From contig OZ024743.1 of the NCBI GenBank assembly GCA_964016885.1, positions 346,084,001 through 346,148,000 of the forward strand: 64,000 nucleotides of DNA, given 5' to 3'. This document shows, piece by piece, positions 25,270 to 39,397 of this stretch. Position 1 is the first letter of the stretch. Every line of letters begins with the position of its first letter. The stretch is from Eledone cirrhosa. Its lineage: Eukaryota. Both the position numbers and the translations under genes were made by a program. Below the pieces are notes generated by a model, which saw only the letters and a list, made by a program, of their open reading frames with translations, was not told the DNA's origin and did no database searches.

Positions 25270-27420
25270 TTTTATTGATACATTGTATGAGACGATAACA
25301 AATGGATAGAAAAAATTACGGTTGTCTTTCGACCAAAACAGATAATTACTTTAAAATATCTGCTGGAAGAGAATAAATATTATTTTTTTACTTTCACCAA
25401 CACCCGGTTGACTGGCGGAGCTTAATAAAAGAAATGTTGATACCTACCATATTTGAGTGATACAATGTAGAGAGACGTGCTAAAACTGATCTGGTTGATA
25501 TATATATATATATACGCATCCAGGTTAAGGACTGTCCATTCGGCACAGCACAACGCCAGATGAAGCTAAACATTAACTTGCAAGATGTTTCTCAGGTGGC
25601 AACAATACTTCAAGTCTGTTTTTCTCTTGATATATTCTCATATATGCGCGCGTTTTAGTGAGCCGTTTTCTTTTTCATTCAATAAATATATAACTTTAAA
25701 TCTAGCTCTACCTATTTGGTTACTGTAAAACGATATTAAAAAAAAATGTTTGCTTTCCTTTTATTTTTCTTTGTAATCATGCCTTAAATTGTTTTAAACA
25801 TATCACAGCTGAAAAACCCTTTTTTCTGACCCAGTATGTTTATTATAATCCTGCTTCATAATGTTCAATAGATCATTTAATTCGCAAAGTAGACTGCCTA
25901 AACGCTGCTTGTTAAAGACAAGATTAATCATTTGCTAGTATATTTCTAACTTGCATAGAGGGTGATTAACACTTTTAAGTTTGTAACGTTATACTCTCAA
26001 AAATACGATATATTCTTGCAAAATATATTTTAAGTTCAAATTGTTTTGAGAGGTGGCTGGTTGGAGAGAGGTATGACCTGAATCTAACGGAAAATCTGCC
26101 AGGAAGAATAAGCATGAAAAACTGAAGACAAGTAGAGATGACAGATTACTTGTCGATGCCTAGTATTGTTGATATATAACTAAAAAGGCATATGGTAATC
26201 ATTTCGCCCTGTGTAACACCTAATATTTTAGGGAAAAGAACGGAACGTATATTTTAGCATGACAAAATATAAGCATTATTATCTCTGGATTAGAAACAAT
26301 ATATCTATGTTCCTCTATTTCTCAATATATATATATACATATAAATATTGAGAAATATATATATTTATATATATATATATACATATACACACACACACAC
26401 ACTCACACACATATATATATATACACACACACACGCCATTGTACGCGCGCACGCACATATATAACGAAATATTTAGCAGTCTATTCCCATGCCAAACCAA
26501 AGCAACGGCTTACTCATCTATCTATCTATATATATATATCTGCCTGTCTCTCTAAACAGGCTATCATCATATGTATAGCAATATTTTTGGGAACGTACGA
26601 AGACATGATAGACTATGTAATAAAGGATTAAGAATACGGAACACTTACTATAGTACGGAGAAAAGCTGCTGGGGAATAGGCATGGTGGCAGCTGAGATGA
26701 ATTATAATGTAAAACACATGTTCACATACGAATCCTTCCAATGTAAACTGTTGTCTTGAACAATGTTTAGAGAAACGTTTTCTGACGAAAGTTTAAAAAG
26801 ACATCTTTCATGTAACGGCAGTCTTGTGTTTTGAAGGATTGTGAGAGAAGGATTTAAATGATTTTTACAATTCCTTTCTTTCTTTCGTTTTCTTCCCCTC
26901 TTGCTGTGACAATGTCCCAAATAAGGTTAGTTACAGGTAGAAGTAAAAGCGGGAATAGCGTAGATTTTTATGAAGGGCGATGCCACGACGTGCAGTTGTT
27001 ATTGTTGAGGGTAATTTGGTATTTCATGTAGTATAAGTTCCATTCCTCATCCTTTTTTTCTTCTATTTCTCTTATTTTCCTTTGCATTTTATGACAATTC
27101 ATTCTATGATAATAGTGATGTAGATCAAGTGAAAGACAGGGACGCATCTATGAGTGTATGTGTGTATATAATATATATGTAATGTTGGGATGCAAATCTC
27201 GGCGGGAGTATGAGCTTCTTTATTCGATCTCACTGCGTAGCTTCTGCAGCAAATGTATTTTATCATTGCCTCAGGTTGGCTCAAACATTTACAATGAGAT
27301 TGGGCACACGGAAACTGAAAAGCTGTTGGATAAATAATTCTTGTAATTCAAAGTTCCAGATGTTATACGGAAATCCTTGAAAATCTGATACGTCACACTG
27401 CTGTCGTATCATTTGACAAT
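25270..27420 (+). pseudogene. Possible highly decayed integrase-type (Ginger2/KRBA2-like) transposase
   Basis: Only scattered motif remnants (GHGG..MNY at ~26680; DVD..DRDA and YSRS-like at ~27120-27240). Confidence 0.25.
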
Positions 27421-28024
27421 CCGCTAGTCTTTGATGGAAGTTGGGCTAAACAAGATCACTCTCATTTAGTGGACGAGATAACAACAGAAATGTGGGAAAA
27501 TGAAAGAATCAAATTAATTGGATGTCTGACATCAGGTATTCCTGGAATAAAGAGAGCGAGTTTTAAAGGGAAATTAGGAAAATCGTATTATTGTTCCTTC
27601 ATTTCAGAAGACATGTAGACGAATTGTTAGAACTATTGAGATGTTTCTTTAATTCTTATCGACGGGAAGACTGAGAAGACCTGTACAGACTGAAAAACAC
27701 CAATACCCTTAAAAGTTCTATATAAGCTCAGTTTGGTTTCGAAAGAGGAAAACAAACAGCCAATATATGTTGTGTTGCTTCTGAGAGATCCATTTTACTA
27801 TCTCTACATAACTTCAAATACTCATAAGCAATTTGAAAAAACAAATCGTGCTTTCAACATATATCTTTCAAAAATGCATATGCATGGACATTACTCATTC
27901 TTTAACAATCCCAGTTATTTTTTTTCTCTGTCTTTCTTTCCCCATCCCTCTCTATCTTCCCTTTCCAGTAAGAGAATTTGATTCACAATCGTGAGGTTGT
28001 AAGTTCGATATATTTAAAAGAATA

Positions 28025-28079
<55 letters not shown>

Positions 28080-28087
28080 AAAGAATA

Positions 28088-28133
<46 letters not shown>

Positions 28134-28138
<5 letters not shown>

Positions 28139-28329
28139 AACCAGTAAGACCCCGACAGCTGAGCTCAAGCCGTTTCGACGGCTAATTCTGAGTCCAGAAT
28201 TAGCCGTCGAAACGGCTTGAGCTCAGCTGTCGGGGTCTTACTGGTTCCTATTACCCACTCTACTACCTCAAGTATTGAGTACTTTGGTGCGTTATGGTCC
28301 ACCTGGTTCCTTACCACATTTCCTTCGTT
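28134..28329. mobile_element. Second head-to-head palindrome of the 503-697 family
   Basis: 28134-28190 and 28195-28251 form an exact inverted repeat with the same ~80-nt tail. TTTAAAAGAATAGAA is duplicated on both sides beyond the TA runs. Confidence 0.8.
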
Positions 28330-29254
28330 ATATATATATATATATATATATATTTAAAAGAATAGAATATATATATAAATGAAAGGTATAGAAAACATTG
28401 TAGCAAAAAGCCAACAGTATTCCATATATATATATAGAGGGAGAGTGGGAGATACAAACATGGGAAGAATATGAAAATAATAATTGTTTGTCCTTCTAGT
28501 CAAATAAGACTGGCGAGGGCAAAGTCTATGATGTTCCGTTTCAATATGTGTACATAAGGACGTATGCAGGATAATACAGGTGGAATGATATAGAATATTC
28601 AAGAGAAAACAAAACGATAACATCAATAACAGCAAAAGCTCAAGCATCATCAATACCACACAAATTACTAATAGTGCCTCTCCATAGAAATATTATTGAG
28701 ATATTACAATAGCTCAGCAATGGTCTTAACTTAATCTTATTCATTTCTAATTTTCAGAATACGTTTATGTTATCACAATGTAAAAATGAAGGAAAGAAAA
28801 GAAAGACAAAGAAAAATAAGGAAAAAGAAAGAATTTTGAAATAGGAGGAATGAAAAATTCTTGCTGGACATATATCTTCACTCAATACAAAATCACTCCC
28901 TCGGAGAAAAGACAGTTATACCCGCTTAATCTGACATTCCACCAAATGGGCTCCATCTTAAGTTAGTTCAATGCCTATTAGGTATTCAAGGTAAAGTAAG
29001 GTTCAAATGATTTTACAGATGTGTGAGCATAATTTGTGTAAATTTCATTTTCCTCCACTTTGTTTTTCGCTATGGCGTATCATTTGTTGATTGCCGCGAT
29101 CGAATCTTAAATGAAATTCCTCTTGAAACAAAAACACGCAGAAATTGCATCGATTGTAAGATATTGCAGTCGTGATAACAAGCTTACATGCGTGCACACA
29201 CATGCATTTCGTCTTAACTTAATGCATACACATATATGTGTGTAAGTATGTATG

Positions 29255-29295
<41 letters not shown>

Positions 29296-29332
29296 ATAAT
29301 AATAAATTTGAAGACTAAAATCCGAAGAGCGC

Positions 29333-29519
<187 letters not shown>

Positions 29520-29918
29520 TTACATTTCCATATATGTGTGAGTGTGTGTATTTTTGTATGTATATACATGTATACATGTATGAATATTTGTACATTTTTT
29601 ATTGCATCTGTGTTTGTGCGTGCATGTGTAGATATTTGCAAACATGCATCGAGTCAACTATGAAATTAGTTATCAATTTAATCATACACCACGTACAACA
29701 CTGCACACATTCAGGGACCTAAGCGTGCCAATATGAATACACATAACTCTTTCAACTTCTATCAATTAAATATATATACATACACACACACAAACACACA
29801 CGCACACACACACACACATACACACACACATGCACACACACATATATATATTTATATATATATATGTATATATAAATATACATATATACATATATATATA
29901 TGTGCGTGTGTGTGTATA

Positions 29919-29975
<57 letters not shown>

Positions 29976-30230
29976 ATTTACGCCAGACAGGAACGTATAT
30001 ACGCTTATATACGTTCATAAACTAACACGCCTCATTGTGCATTTGCCTGCATACACAGACACGAATACAAACACTTATAGGAAAAATTACTTAGACTAAC
30101 GCAGCTTGAAGAACTCAAATGAAGCACGTAGAATTGTACAAAAGCATTTGAACACTGTCTTATGTGCATATATATGTATATATACGTGTAAATATATCGT
30201 GTGTACATGTGTATGCATATTTATACGTTT

Positions 30231-30274
<44 letters not shown>

Positions 30275-30838
30275 TTACGAATATGTGTGCGTGTATGTAT
30301 GTTTGTTTGATAATATGTCCGTATTTCTTGTGAGAGATTCTCTGAAGTTGATGTATTAGCGACACTCCTGTTTGAGTATATACCTGCTCATGTATACGTG
30401 TGCGTGTGTTACATGTATGTGTACTTGTGTATTTCATTGACTGAGAGCTTGTATGGAAAATCATAAAACTTGAAACGCCGTCCAGGTTTCAATTGCAATA
30501 TTATAAAGCATGAAACGCATGCGCAGCAAAGGACCATCATAAACATGGACATTAATGTATATACATGCTTTCGTGCTGAAAGACAATTGCGAACACAATA
30601 TATAACTTTAGTTGCGTTATATAATTCATGGGAGAAATAATGACTCAAAATGAACGACAGGTTATGAAGAAAATATTACTAATACTCTTCTATCAATCGG
30701 ATTGCCTCCCGTGACAATGACAATGTGAGAAAGACATGAAAAAAAATACTTAAAGCAAATGGAATGTGTGTTTGTGTATATCTGTCCAACTCTCTCTCTC
30801 TGTCTCTCTCTATGTAGGTGTGTATAAGTATGTAGATA

Positions 30839-30888
<50 letters not shown>

Positions 30889-30991
30889 GATAGATAGATA
30901 TATACACACGTATATATATATACAAATATATATATATACTCATATATATGTACACACACACACATATATATATATACTCATATATATGTAC

Positions 30992-31040
<49 letters not shown>

Positions 31041-31905
31041 GTATATATGTATATATATTTAAACATTTTACATTATATTCATTCACATTTATGTGTGCGT
31101 ATGTATGTGCGCTTGCGTATATGTTCGGGTGTTTTTGTGTATGTTCATGTGTGTGTATGTGCGTATGTGCGTTCTCTGTTTGTATTCAGACAGAGATTTA
31201 TATGGTGCACATTTTCCCCTCACTGAATCTCCATATTTGATAAAGACCAGTTTTAGTGCGTTGCCATTGCATTTCGTGCCCATTCCTTGTATATAGTCAC
31301 GAGCATAAGTCTTTCTTTTCGATGGAGTCTTCTGCAGTCGTGACTTTGCTTATCATTGTCGCTAACATTTCCTAGATTCCCTTGGTGCTTGATGGCAAAG
31401 TCAGGAGTGTCTTGTCTTTTCCGCACACATTAACAAATACAAAAATAAAAAAATAGTTATAGAAAATATAATAAAATATTTATGTAAAAATTTGCGATAG
31501 CGTCACTAAAATGCTTTTTAGAATTAGTCAAAAATCTTATAAAACCAAATCCATACATCGTTCTTCTTCATTCATCCATCCAACTAACCATCCATCCATC
31601 CATAGAAATAGTCATTTATTTAAACATTAATTTAATTATATCACCTCATTTCTCTACATATTTATAAACCTTTTACTTTCTGCTATGCTTTATTTCTTTT
31701 CTTAGCGCTGCTCAAGCTACTAGAACTAGCAAACAATTCTAGTCGAAATTGTCTAGTTGTGTGTATAATGTAATTGGTGATATGCAAAGAAAATAGATGT
31801 GCCAGGATTGTAAGCCTTTTGACCATATGTAGATTCACTCGGTGCCATCCACGATCGAGATTACCACATGTTTGTATACTGCAGCCTTGATGGATTTGTT
31901 TATAC

Positions 31906-31988
<83 letters not shown>

Positions 31989-32003
31989 TATATATATGTA
32001 TAC

Positions 32004-32056
<53 letters not shown>

Positions 32057-32184
32057 GTGTGAGAGGGAGAGAGAGAGAACAAGAGAGAGAACGAGAGAGA
32101 GAATTGTGTAATATCCCGACCATAGCGCCATCTCCCCACTCTACATCTCTCCATGATTAATGTTCTCGGTCTCAGTACCGCAGA

Positions 32185-32275
<91 letters not shown>

Positions 32276-32289
32276 TATATATTAATATA

Positions 32290-32690
32290 TAAGTATGTAC
32301 ACGTACATACATGCATACAGACGTATAGTTGTATGTATATATATATATACATACATGCACACATATATATATGTACGTATGGATTCACCGAACATTTATT
32401 ATAATGCTCCGTGTGTTTGTAAACAAACATCCCGTATTAAGCCGTAGTGTCCAGCAACCATCGTTGCTCGTTTGTTCAACACTGACAAAGGAACGCTGTA
32501 CTAGTTTCAAGCTTATTAGCTATCGTCAGCAACGTATACCTTCCTGCCAGATTGTTGAACGTATATAGCCACCTTATGCATATTAACGGCTGATTAGCCC
32601 AAATTACATATCGAGTGGGTTAATACTTATATTTAAGTAACAGCCGTACTGAGAGCGGGAGATGAAATTTCGTTTCATTTTTTCCGTTTA
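32290..32690 (-). mobile_element. Diverged monomer of the 23852-25026 HHR repeat
   Basis: Collinear homology; intact HHR at 32493-32535 with stem I ACGTTG/CAGCGT. Confidence 0.8.
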
Positions 32691-32692
32691 TA

Positions 32693-32753
<61 letters not shown>

Positions 32754-32759
32754 GTATAT

Positions 32760-33210
32760 AAACAAACAAATTAACAATCCATCCTCGAGAACGCGCGTTT
32801 CACCCAACAGATTTTAAATTCGAGTGAGTTTGTGCTGATAAAAGAATGTATATGAGCTGACACGGTCTTGTGCATAGCCGTCAGCAAAGGGCACAACTCA
32901 AGTTAGACTGATAAATGGGTAAATAGGGGATGATTGAGTTCATTCTGGATAAAAGAAGCGTGGGAATAGCGATTAAAGGAATCAGACCCTGTATTTAGAC
33001 AAGTACTAGTACGTGATCTCTGCAAGATTTGTATTTGTTCATCGATGCTCAGCCCACAAGACAAATTCCCATTTGGCCTAGATGTGGTCACAACTTTCCA
33101 TTGAATGGAGCAATCCACGTCTGCAACTTTGAGCGACTTTATGCGGCGTTGCCAGCCCCGTTGACGATGTAGTAAGCAGATAGTTGCTGAAATAATGTGT
33201 ATTCTCACTG
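32760..33210 (-). pseudogene. Decayed PLE endonuclease C-terminus, 3' UTR and core-deleted HHR (32784-32902)
   Basis: IKSLK...SIQWKVV...CGLSIDEQIQIL...CLNTGSDSFNRYSH; then CTTGAG..GCCC...GGGT-GAAA-CGCGCG-TT-CTCGAG. Confidence 0.55.
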
Positions 33211-34843
33211 AATGTAAGGTTTTCGAGAGAAATAAATCCCGCTTAGCCGTATGGAAAATTGCAGAATTGAAAATTATTGCCTAGATTTCCACAATGTGAG
33301 AATTTTATACAATTAACAATTCTTGTCAATTCCACCCAGTTCACTGCCATCAATTTTGTTCTTTTGATTCATATTACCAAAGGATCATTTGACATATTGA
33401 CCCCAGCCCATTTCATTTTTAACCATGTAAATTAAACAAACCAAAATGACTGGTAACTTAATTCTATATGTGAGATCCTATGTTAACTGATAGGCAAACC
33501 TGTTTAGACTATACTATAATGATGATTTTTGAAAGGACGAAAAGTGTATATGATTGACCTTCGGCTACAAACAAAATTCATGTAAATTCACTTCAAGTAA
33601 TTGATTCGTAAGTTCTTAAAATAATTCTCTCTTTTTTTTTTTTTTTTTTTTTTTTTTGCAAGACACTAATCGTTGCTGCTAGATGTTGGTCTTTATTCTT
33701 CGGCCATGAATAAAATCGAAATTAGAAAATATTTTATGCGCACCTTGTTCTGTACTTCACCACTTAATTATTATCATAATTCATAACATTGACAAATTAG
33801 AGTTATTTCCCTGAAATCTTTCTACGTCACTAAGCCAGCAATGTAGCTTCTAAGTAGTTATTTGACGAGTTAGATATATCAGCTTGGTTTTATTACATTT
33901 CATATAGTAGCATCAGACGTGACTGTATAATATAGCGTCAGATACGTTATATTTGAACAAAACAAAACAGATTTGCTATCATTTGAATGCTATTTTTCTA
34001 TTTACCGCTTATACAGGGAATGAGAGGCAGTATTCACGAAATTTTCCAGACCTTCCGAGTCGGGTGGCAAAGAGCGAAAAAGTATCGACAAACTAAGATC
34101 TGGTTTGAATATTTGGAACATATTAGATTCAGTTAACGAATTCGTGGTCAAGGCTTTACAGTTAAACTAAACAATAGAATTAGCCTGACACTTAATTTGG
34201 CCACGGTGGGAATTAAACCCAGAACCCAATGAGCCAGAAAAGAATATCACAAAGCATCTCACCCGATGCTCTGACGACTCAAACAATCCATCACCCTGGA
34301 CTAGTCGTTTATTTAATCAACCCCATAGAACTGAAGCGAAAAGTTAACTATGACAGCGTTGAGGTTCAGAACAAAAAGGGTCCTAACTAAACAACGCAAG
34401 ACTATTTGCCAGGCTCTCTAACGAATTGGCCAACTCAAGTCCTTAATCAAATATCTGCCCAATCGGACCAACCGAGAGTTAAAGAAAGAATGACAACAAC
34501 AACAACTGTAACAAAAATATACTTAAAAAATACAAAACGCATCATTTACTCTAAGAGAAATAAGACATTAAAAAATGTCAAGTTTCGGTGAAGAATCGTA
34601 TATTAGAGGAAAATCCAAGGAAGACATAAAAACGACTATTACAACAATAAAAACAACAGCAGCAACAACGACAACAACAACTCAAGTAACAACAACAATT
34701 AGCACGTGGACAATAATTCACCCGTCTCTACCACAACACCCCTCGGACAGAAAAATAGTAAATAATTTTGTAATGACTAAATGAATTAATGAATGTCGTT
34801 TCCTCTAAGAACACTTTATTTATTTATTTATTTATTTCCTTCT

Positions 34844-34876
<33 letters not shown>

Positions 34877-36437
34877 GCTTTCTCTCTCTCTATTTCTTTC
34901 TTTCTTTATTTATTTATTTCCTTCTTTCTTTCTCTCTCTCTCTCGCCTTCTTTCTTACTTTCTCGCTTTTTCCCTTTCCCTCTTTTTTTCAAACAGAAAT
35001 ACACATACCTACCAATACACAAACGCACGCATGTTTTACTACTACCATCGCCTTGTACTGTAACTACAACTATTACAACAAACACTATTAAGCATTGAAA
35101 ATACCATTATCAGCAATAACCGCAACAACAATAACAATAGAAGCTAACGAGAGAAAATAGAAATAGAAGCATAATCTCTTTCATATCACAATATCCCATC
35201 TTAGAAAAGAAAGTATACATTAGATAATGTAATCCTAGATAGACGTATCTGGCGAAATGATAAAATGATATGATAATGGCTATGGAATAATTTCCATCGT
35301 TTATGGGAGACGTCTGGCTAAAAAATAACGATAAAACAATAAAAATAACAGTAAATATATCTTAAACTATCGAAAAATCTACAAGGAAATATGGTGCCTT
35401 GTACGAGGCTACTCGGCCTGCTAGAAATAGCAACAAAGCAATCATGCCATACTATTCTGAGTAAAAGAAATGTTGGATAACAAACTATCTGATTCTCTCA
35501 TATACCAAAACATGGTGGTCACAACTGAGTCGCTTTAAGTTATTGACCTACTAGGTAATGGCTGATCTGGAGGCAATATACAACTTGTAATATAGCTACA
35601 ACAGTAAAAACACCTACTTTTCAATTTCTAACCATCTACCACTTTAACTTTAACAACAAAAACTGTCGCTCAACGTCTTCAAAGTAACAGCCCAAACCCC
35701 CTTATATCTGACCTCATAAACTTAGCAAAGATCATAGAATAGTCATCGTTTCCTTGCATGTAATAAAAAAAAGAACTATGATTACAGTTCGAATGCCTTT
35801 GATCATAGGCCTATTTAATCAGAGCTGACCTGGTGCTAATCTACAACAAAGCATAACAAAAACATCCCTACTGACCCCACAATCCAAGGAGAAAAAACTG
35901 CGTACACAAATAGAAGTTAAATAAGGAGAATGGTGCATTGAATAAATCAATCCTCAAAATACGATCGGAAGTTCAAGATGGCAAGTTGATTTAACTTGTG
36001 TTAAGCAACGAATTAATGTAGTTAATCTTGCGAGAAATAGCAGGTAATACTTCCTCAAATCAAATAATGTGGTCTTATATATGTAGTCTTAAAAAAGAAC
36101 GGATGTTCACTCGCTGAGAAAACAATTTGATGATTAAAATGCTACTATTACACACACTCCTCCAAAGTGACCAACATCTCTGTAACTATTATTTCACAAA
36201 CACTAGGCAAGATAGTATAACAGCTACCTTCATACATACATGACAGCACAACACTCCTACCACAATTAATCAACAGATGACAATGAGTACCAGAACCAAT
36301 GCATTTCGCCTATGATCAATGCACTATCTGTATCAACAGTCCATCGCCGCATACGGCACCACAACACAATTTGGTACTATCCATCTCTACTACCTTTGAC
36401 GTAGTGATATAAACCAGCACCCTTATTACCACTTCCA

Positions 36438-36603
36438 AGGACGGTGGTATGGCAGTATCGGTAGGGAGTCGGACAACGTGCTTTGCAGGATAGAGTTACG
36501 GTACATTACTGTCTGAGTTCAAATTAACTTTGCCTTTCATGCTTACGGGGTCGATAAAGTAAAGTACCAGTAATTCACTGGGATAATTGCTGGCCTTGTA
36601 CCA
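36438..36603 (+). mobile_element. tRNA-derived SINE family 1
   Basis: A/B boxes and central domain as in the other copies. Confidence 0.8.
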
Positions 36604-37297
36604 CTTCCTTATAATCCATACTATCTTTGTTACCACATTTCCCATAAAAAATAGCGAATAACAACCAGCAGCACCAAAACCTCAATCATGAAAGCATCAC
36701 AAGCACTAGCACCAAAACTACCCCCAAAACGCAACAGTACTCCTTTGTGGAAACCCCACACATTATCGCCAATATCAACAATGTAATCACCACAAACAAC
36801 ATCAACAACATCAGCAGCAACAACAGCATTTTCACTACCACCACCAGGACCACCACAACCATCACCACCACTAACATGATCACCCATCAGAAACAGCACG
36901 ATCAATACCAAATTCACCAACAGCAGCAGTAGCATCAACATACCATGATCCGCAGCAGCAGCAGCAGCACCCCACCACCACCACCACTACCACCACCGCA
37001 ACAATCCCCACCACCGCCACTGATCATATATCACGCTTAAAACGAATAATTAGCAGACATTAGCAACATTAATGAAGAGAATTGTGTGATAAATTAACTG
37101 CAACGGTAGTTGTCTGATGGTGGTGTTGGTGATGGTGGTGGTGCCGGTGGCCCTGGTGATGGAGATGCTGGGGAATCACTAGTTAGTGGTTCACAGTATT
37201 TTCGATAGCAATGGTACGAGGGATTATATGTGTAACTCGATGCAGAACAAATTTCAGAAAGGACTTTGAAAGCATCGTTTTTTTTCTTCACTATAAT

Positions 37298-37660
37298 ATC
37301 ATCATCATCATCAACATCATCGTTTAACGTCCATCTCCTACGCTAGCATGAGTTAGATGGTTTTGCTCCATTTGATACGGGAATGGTCGGGAGACCGTGT
37401 CCTACTTGTACGGAAGTGACTCTGGCAGGTTTTTTACAGCTGGATGCCCTTCCTAACACAAACCACATTTACAGTGTGGAATGGGAGCCTTTTTACCGTG
37501 TCTCCTACACGACCCGCTTACAGTGTGGACTGATGTGTCACCGACACAGTGGACGTATGCAAAAGCGAGGTAGGGTGTCCATTGGATTAAGAGGTGCCTA
37601 CTAACTGCAGTTTTGTATGCAAGGTCTTCTGTACAACTGCATGACGCCAAAGATCTCGAT
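37298..37660 (-). mobile_element. SINE with Nin/Deu-like domain and RTE-like (GAT)n tail
   Basis: TTTTTACAGCTGGATGCCCTTCCTAAC and (CAT)n-CGTTTAACGTCC; domain naming is from recollection. Confidence 0.55.
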
Positions 37661-37727
37661 CTTATACATATATGTATATATGTATAATATCGATGTAGTT
37701 TTATACATATACATATGTATTAGTTTT

Positions 37728-37812
37728 GCGAAAACCAACCAAACAGTGAGTGTATTCTGTTATTAATTCTGGCAATATTATTACAACAATATGACCCTCC
37801 CCAAGTATAACA
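37728..37812 (+). mobile_element. 85-bp PLE family B 3'-terminal insertion with 13-bp target-site duplication
   Basis: Matches 58051-58132; TACATATGTATTA at 37710-37722 and 37814-37826. Confidence 0.8.
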
Positions 37813-37864
37813 CTACATATGTATTAATATCGATGTAGATTTTTATATTGATATTGCTTGGGCA

Positions 37865-37988
37865 TTCCACTGAAGAGTTATAAGAGCCCACTTGCAAGTA
37901 AATCTGTTGATCATATGCAATCTTCTACATAACTTGAACTTTTTTCTCCCACCTTGTAGAAATCTGATAACGAAACGATCGTATGGAA
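37865..37988 (+). ncRNA. Type I hammerhead ribozyme with ~95-nt extended stem II
   Basis: TTCCA-CTGAAGA-GTTAT...ATAAC-GAAA-CGATCG-TA-TGGAA; all core nucleotides are canonical. Confidence 0.8.
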
Positions 37989-38156
37989 AGTGATATTTAT
38001 TTAATTATGTCTCATATAAAATAATACAGCCGACTTTCCATATAATACAATATAGTTAGCACCCCAAACGTATAATTGGGAATATACTTAGGTATTTCCT
38101 AATGTTTGTTGAGTGAGATGGAAGTTGGTTGGAGTATCGCTCTGTTAATGTATTAA

Positions 38157-38197
<41 letters not shown>

Positions 38198-38201
<4 letters not shown>

Positions 38202-38624
38202 AAAGAATAGAGGTGTAACACACAAGTTATTATATATTGGTAAACGGAATAGAAAATGCTGACAAATTGTTCACAGTTGAAAAATGGTTTAATTAGGAAT
38301 AAAAGAGTATTAGTGATTGTATGGGTTAGTATTCAGTTGTGGTTTTAAGTTTTTAAGTTTTTACCGGTTGCGCATTTCTAAATGCTTTTCAAAAATAATT
38401 TTGAGATAGAGTGTCCGTGCTGTTTGCTCAGATAAGAGCAAACAGCACGGACACTCTATCTCAAAATTATTTTTGAAAAGCATTTAGAAATGCGCAACCG
38501 GTAAAAACTTAAAAACTTAAAACCACAACTGAATACTAACCCATACAATCACTAATACTCTTTTATTCCTAATTAAACCATTTTTCAACTGTGAACAATT
38601 TGTCAGCATTTTCTATTCCGTTTA

Positions 38625-38634
<10 letters not shown>
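38198..38634. mobile_element. Second palindrome of the 1647-2140 family (199-bp arms)
   Basis: 38231-38429 and 38436-38634; same outer ends but a different centre. Confidence 0.8.
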
Positions 38635-38663
<29 letters not shown>

Positions 38664-39397
38664 TATGGTAACTATGGGAGAAGTAATAATAAATATGGTA
38701 ATACTACTAGGAATTATAGTAATAGTACCATTAATCGTGGTAAGTGTACCAGTAATTTTGGCAATAGTACTATTAGCTTTAATAATAGTACAAGTATTTG
38801 TGATAATAGCACCACTACTTGTAGAAATAGTACCAATGATATCTGTAATTGAGTTGTAATTGTAGTAACAGTATTACTAATTGCTTAAATATCATTAGTA
38901 ATTGTAGTGTTAGGTCTACTAATCGTGGTAATCGTACCAGTAGTTACTATGGTAAATTCAGATGATATCAAAACATGTTACAGATTGTAAATACATTTTC
39001 AATCAAGGAGAAAGTGCCGAAATTCTCTACAAAATGTGTTAGACTATTTCAGCCATGACATCAGCAAATTTTCCCCAGTAAACAACATTCATTAGAATAT
39101 TGTCAATTGAGAATTCAACAATATAAATTTTAAAAAGATATCTTGTAATATAGTAAGGAAATCAGAAGAGTGTTTATTAATGTAAAATAAAATATTTTGC
39201 ATTTCATACATACAAACGCAGAGGCGCTGCATGCAATCACACACAAAAAAAAACAAAAAAAACAAAAAACTGTGAACGTGTGTGTGTGTTGATCTATGTT
39301 TTTATGGATATTATGAAAGAGAAAGACGTTTTATTCCAACATGTTTATTCTTATCGGGCGACACAGTGTTTTACAAATGAACAGCTCCGGACAATAA

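Noticed and set aside
27420-27720. Possible piggyBac-like transposase remnant
   Set aside because: Only a faint resemblance in broken frames; it needs a profile-HMM search.
36630-37160. Q/T/N-rich or hydrophobic ORFs (also 38665-38859)
   Set aside because: Decayed trinucleotide microsatellites (CAA/CAC/CAG, TAG/TAA) with no splice or domain support.
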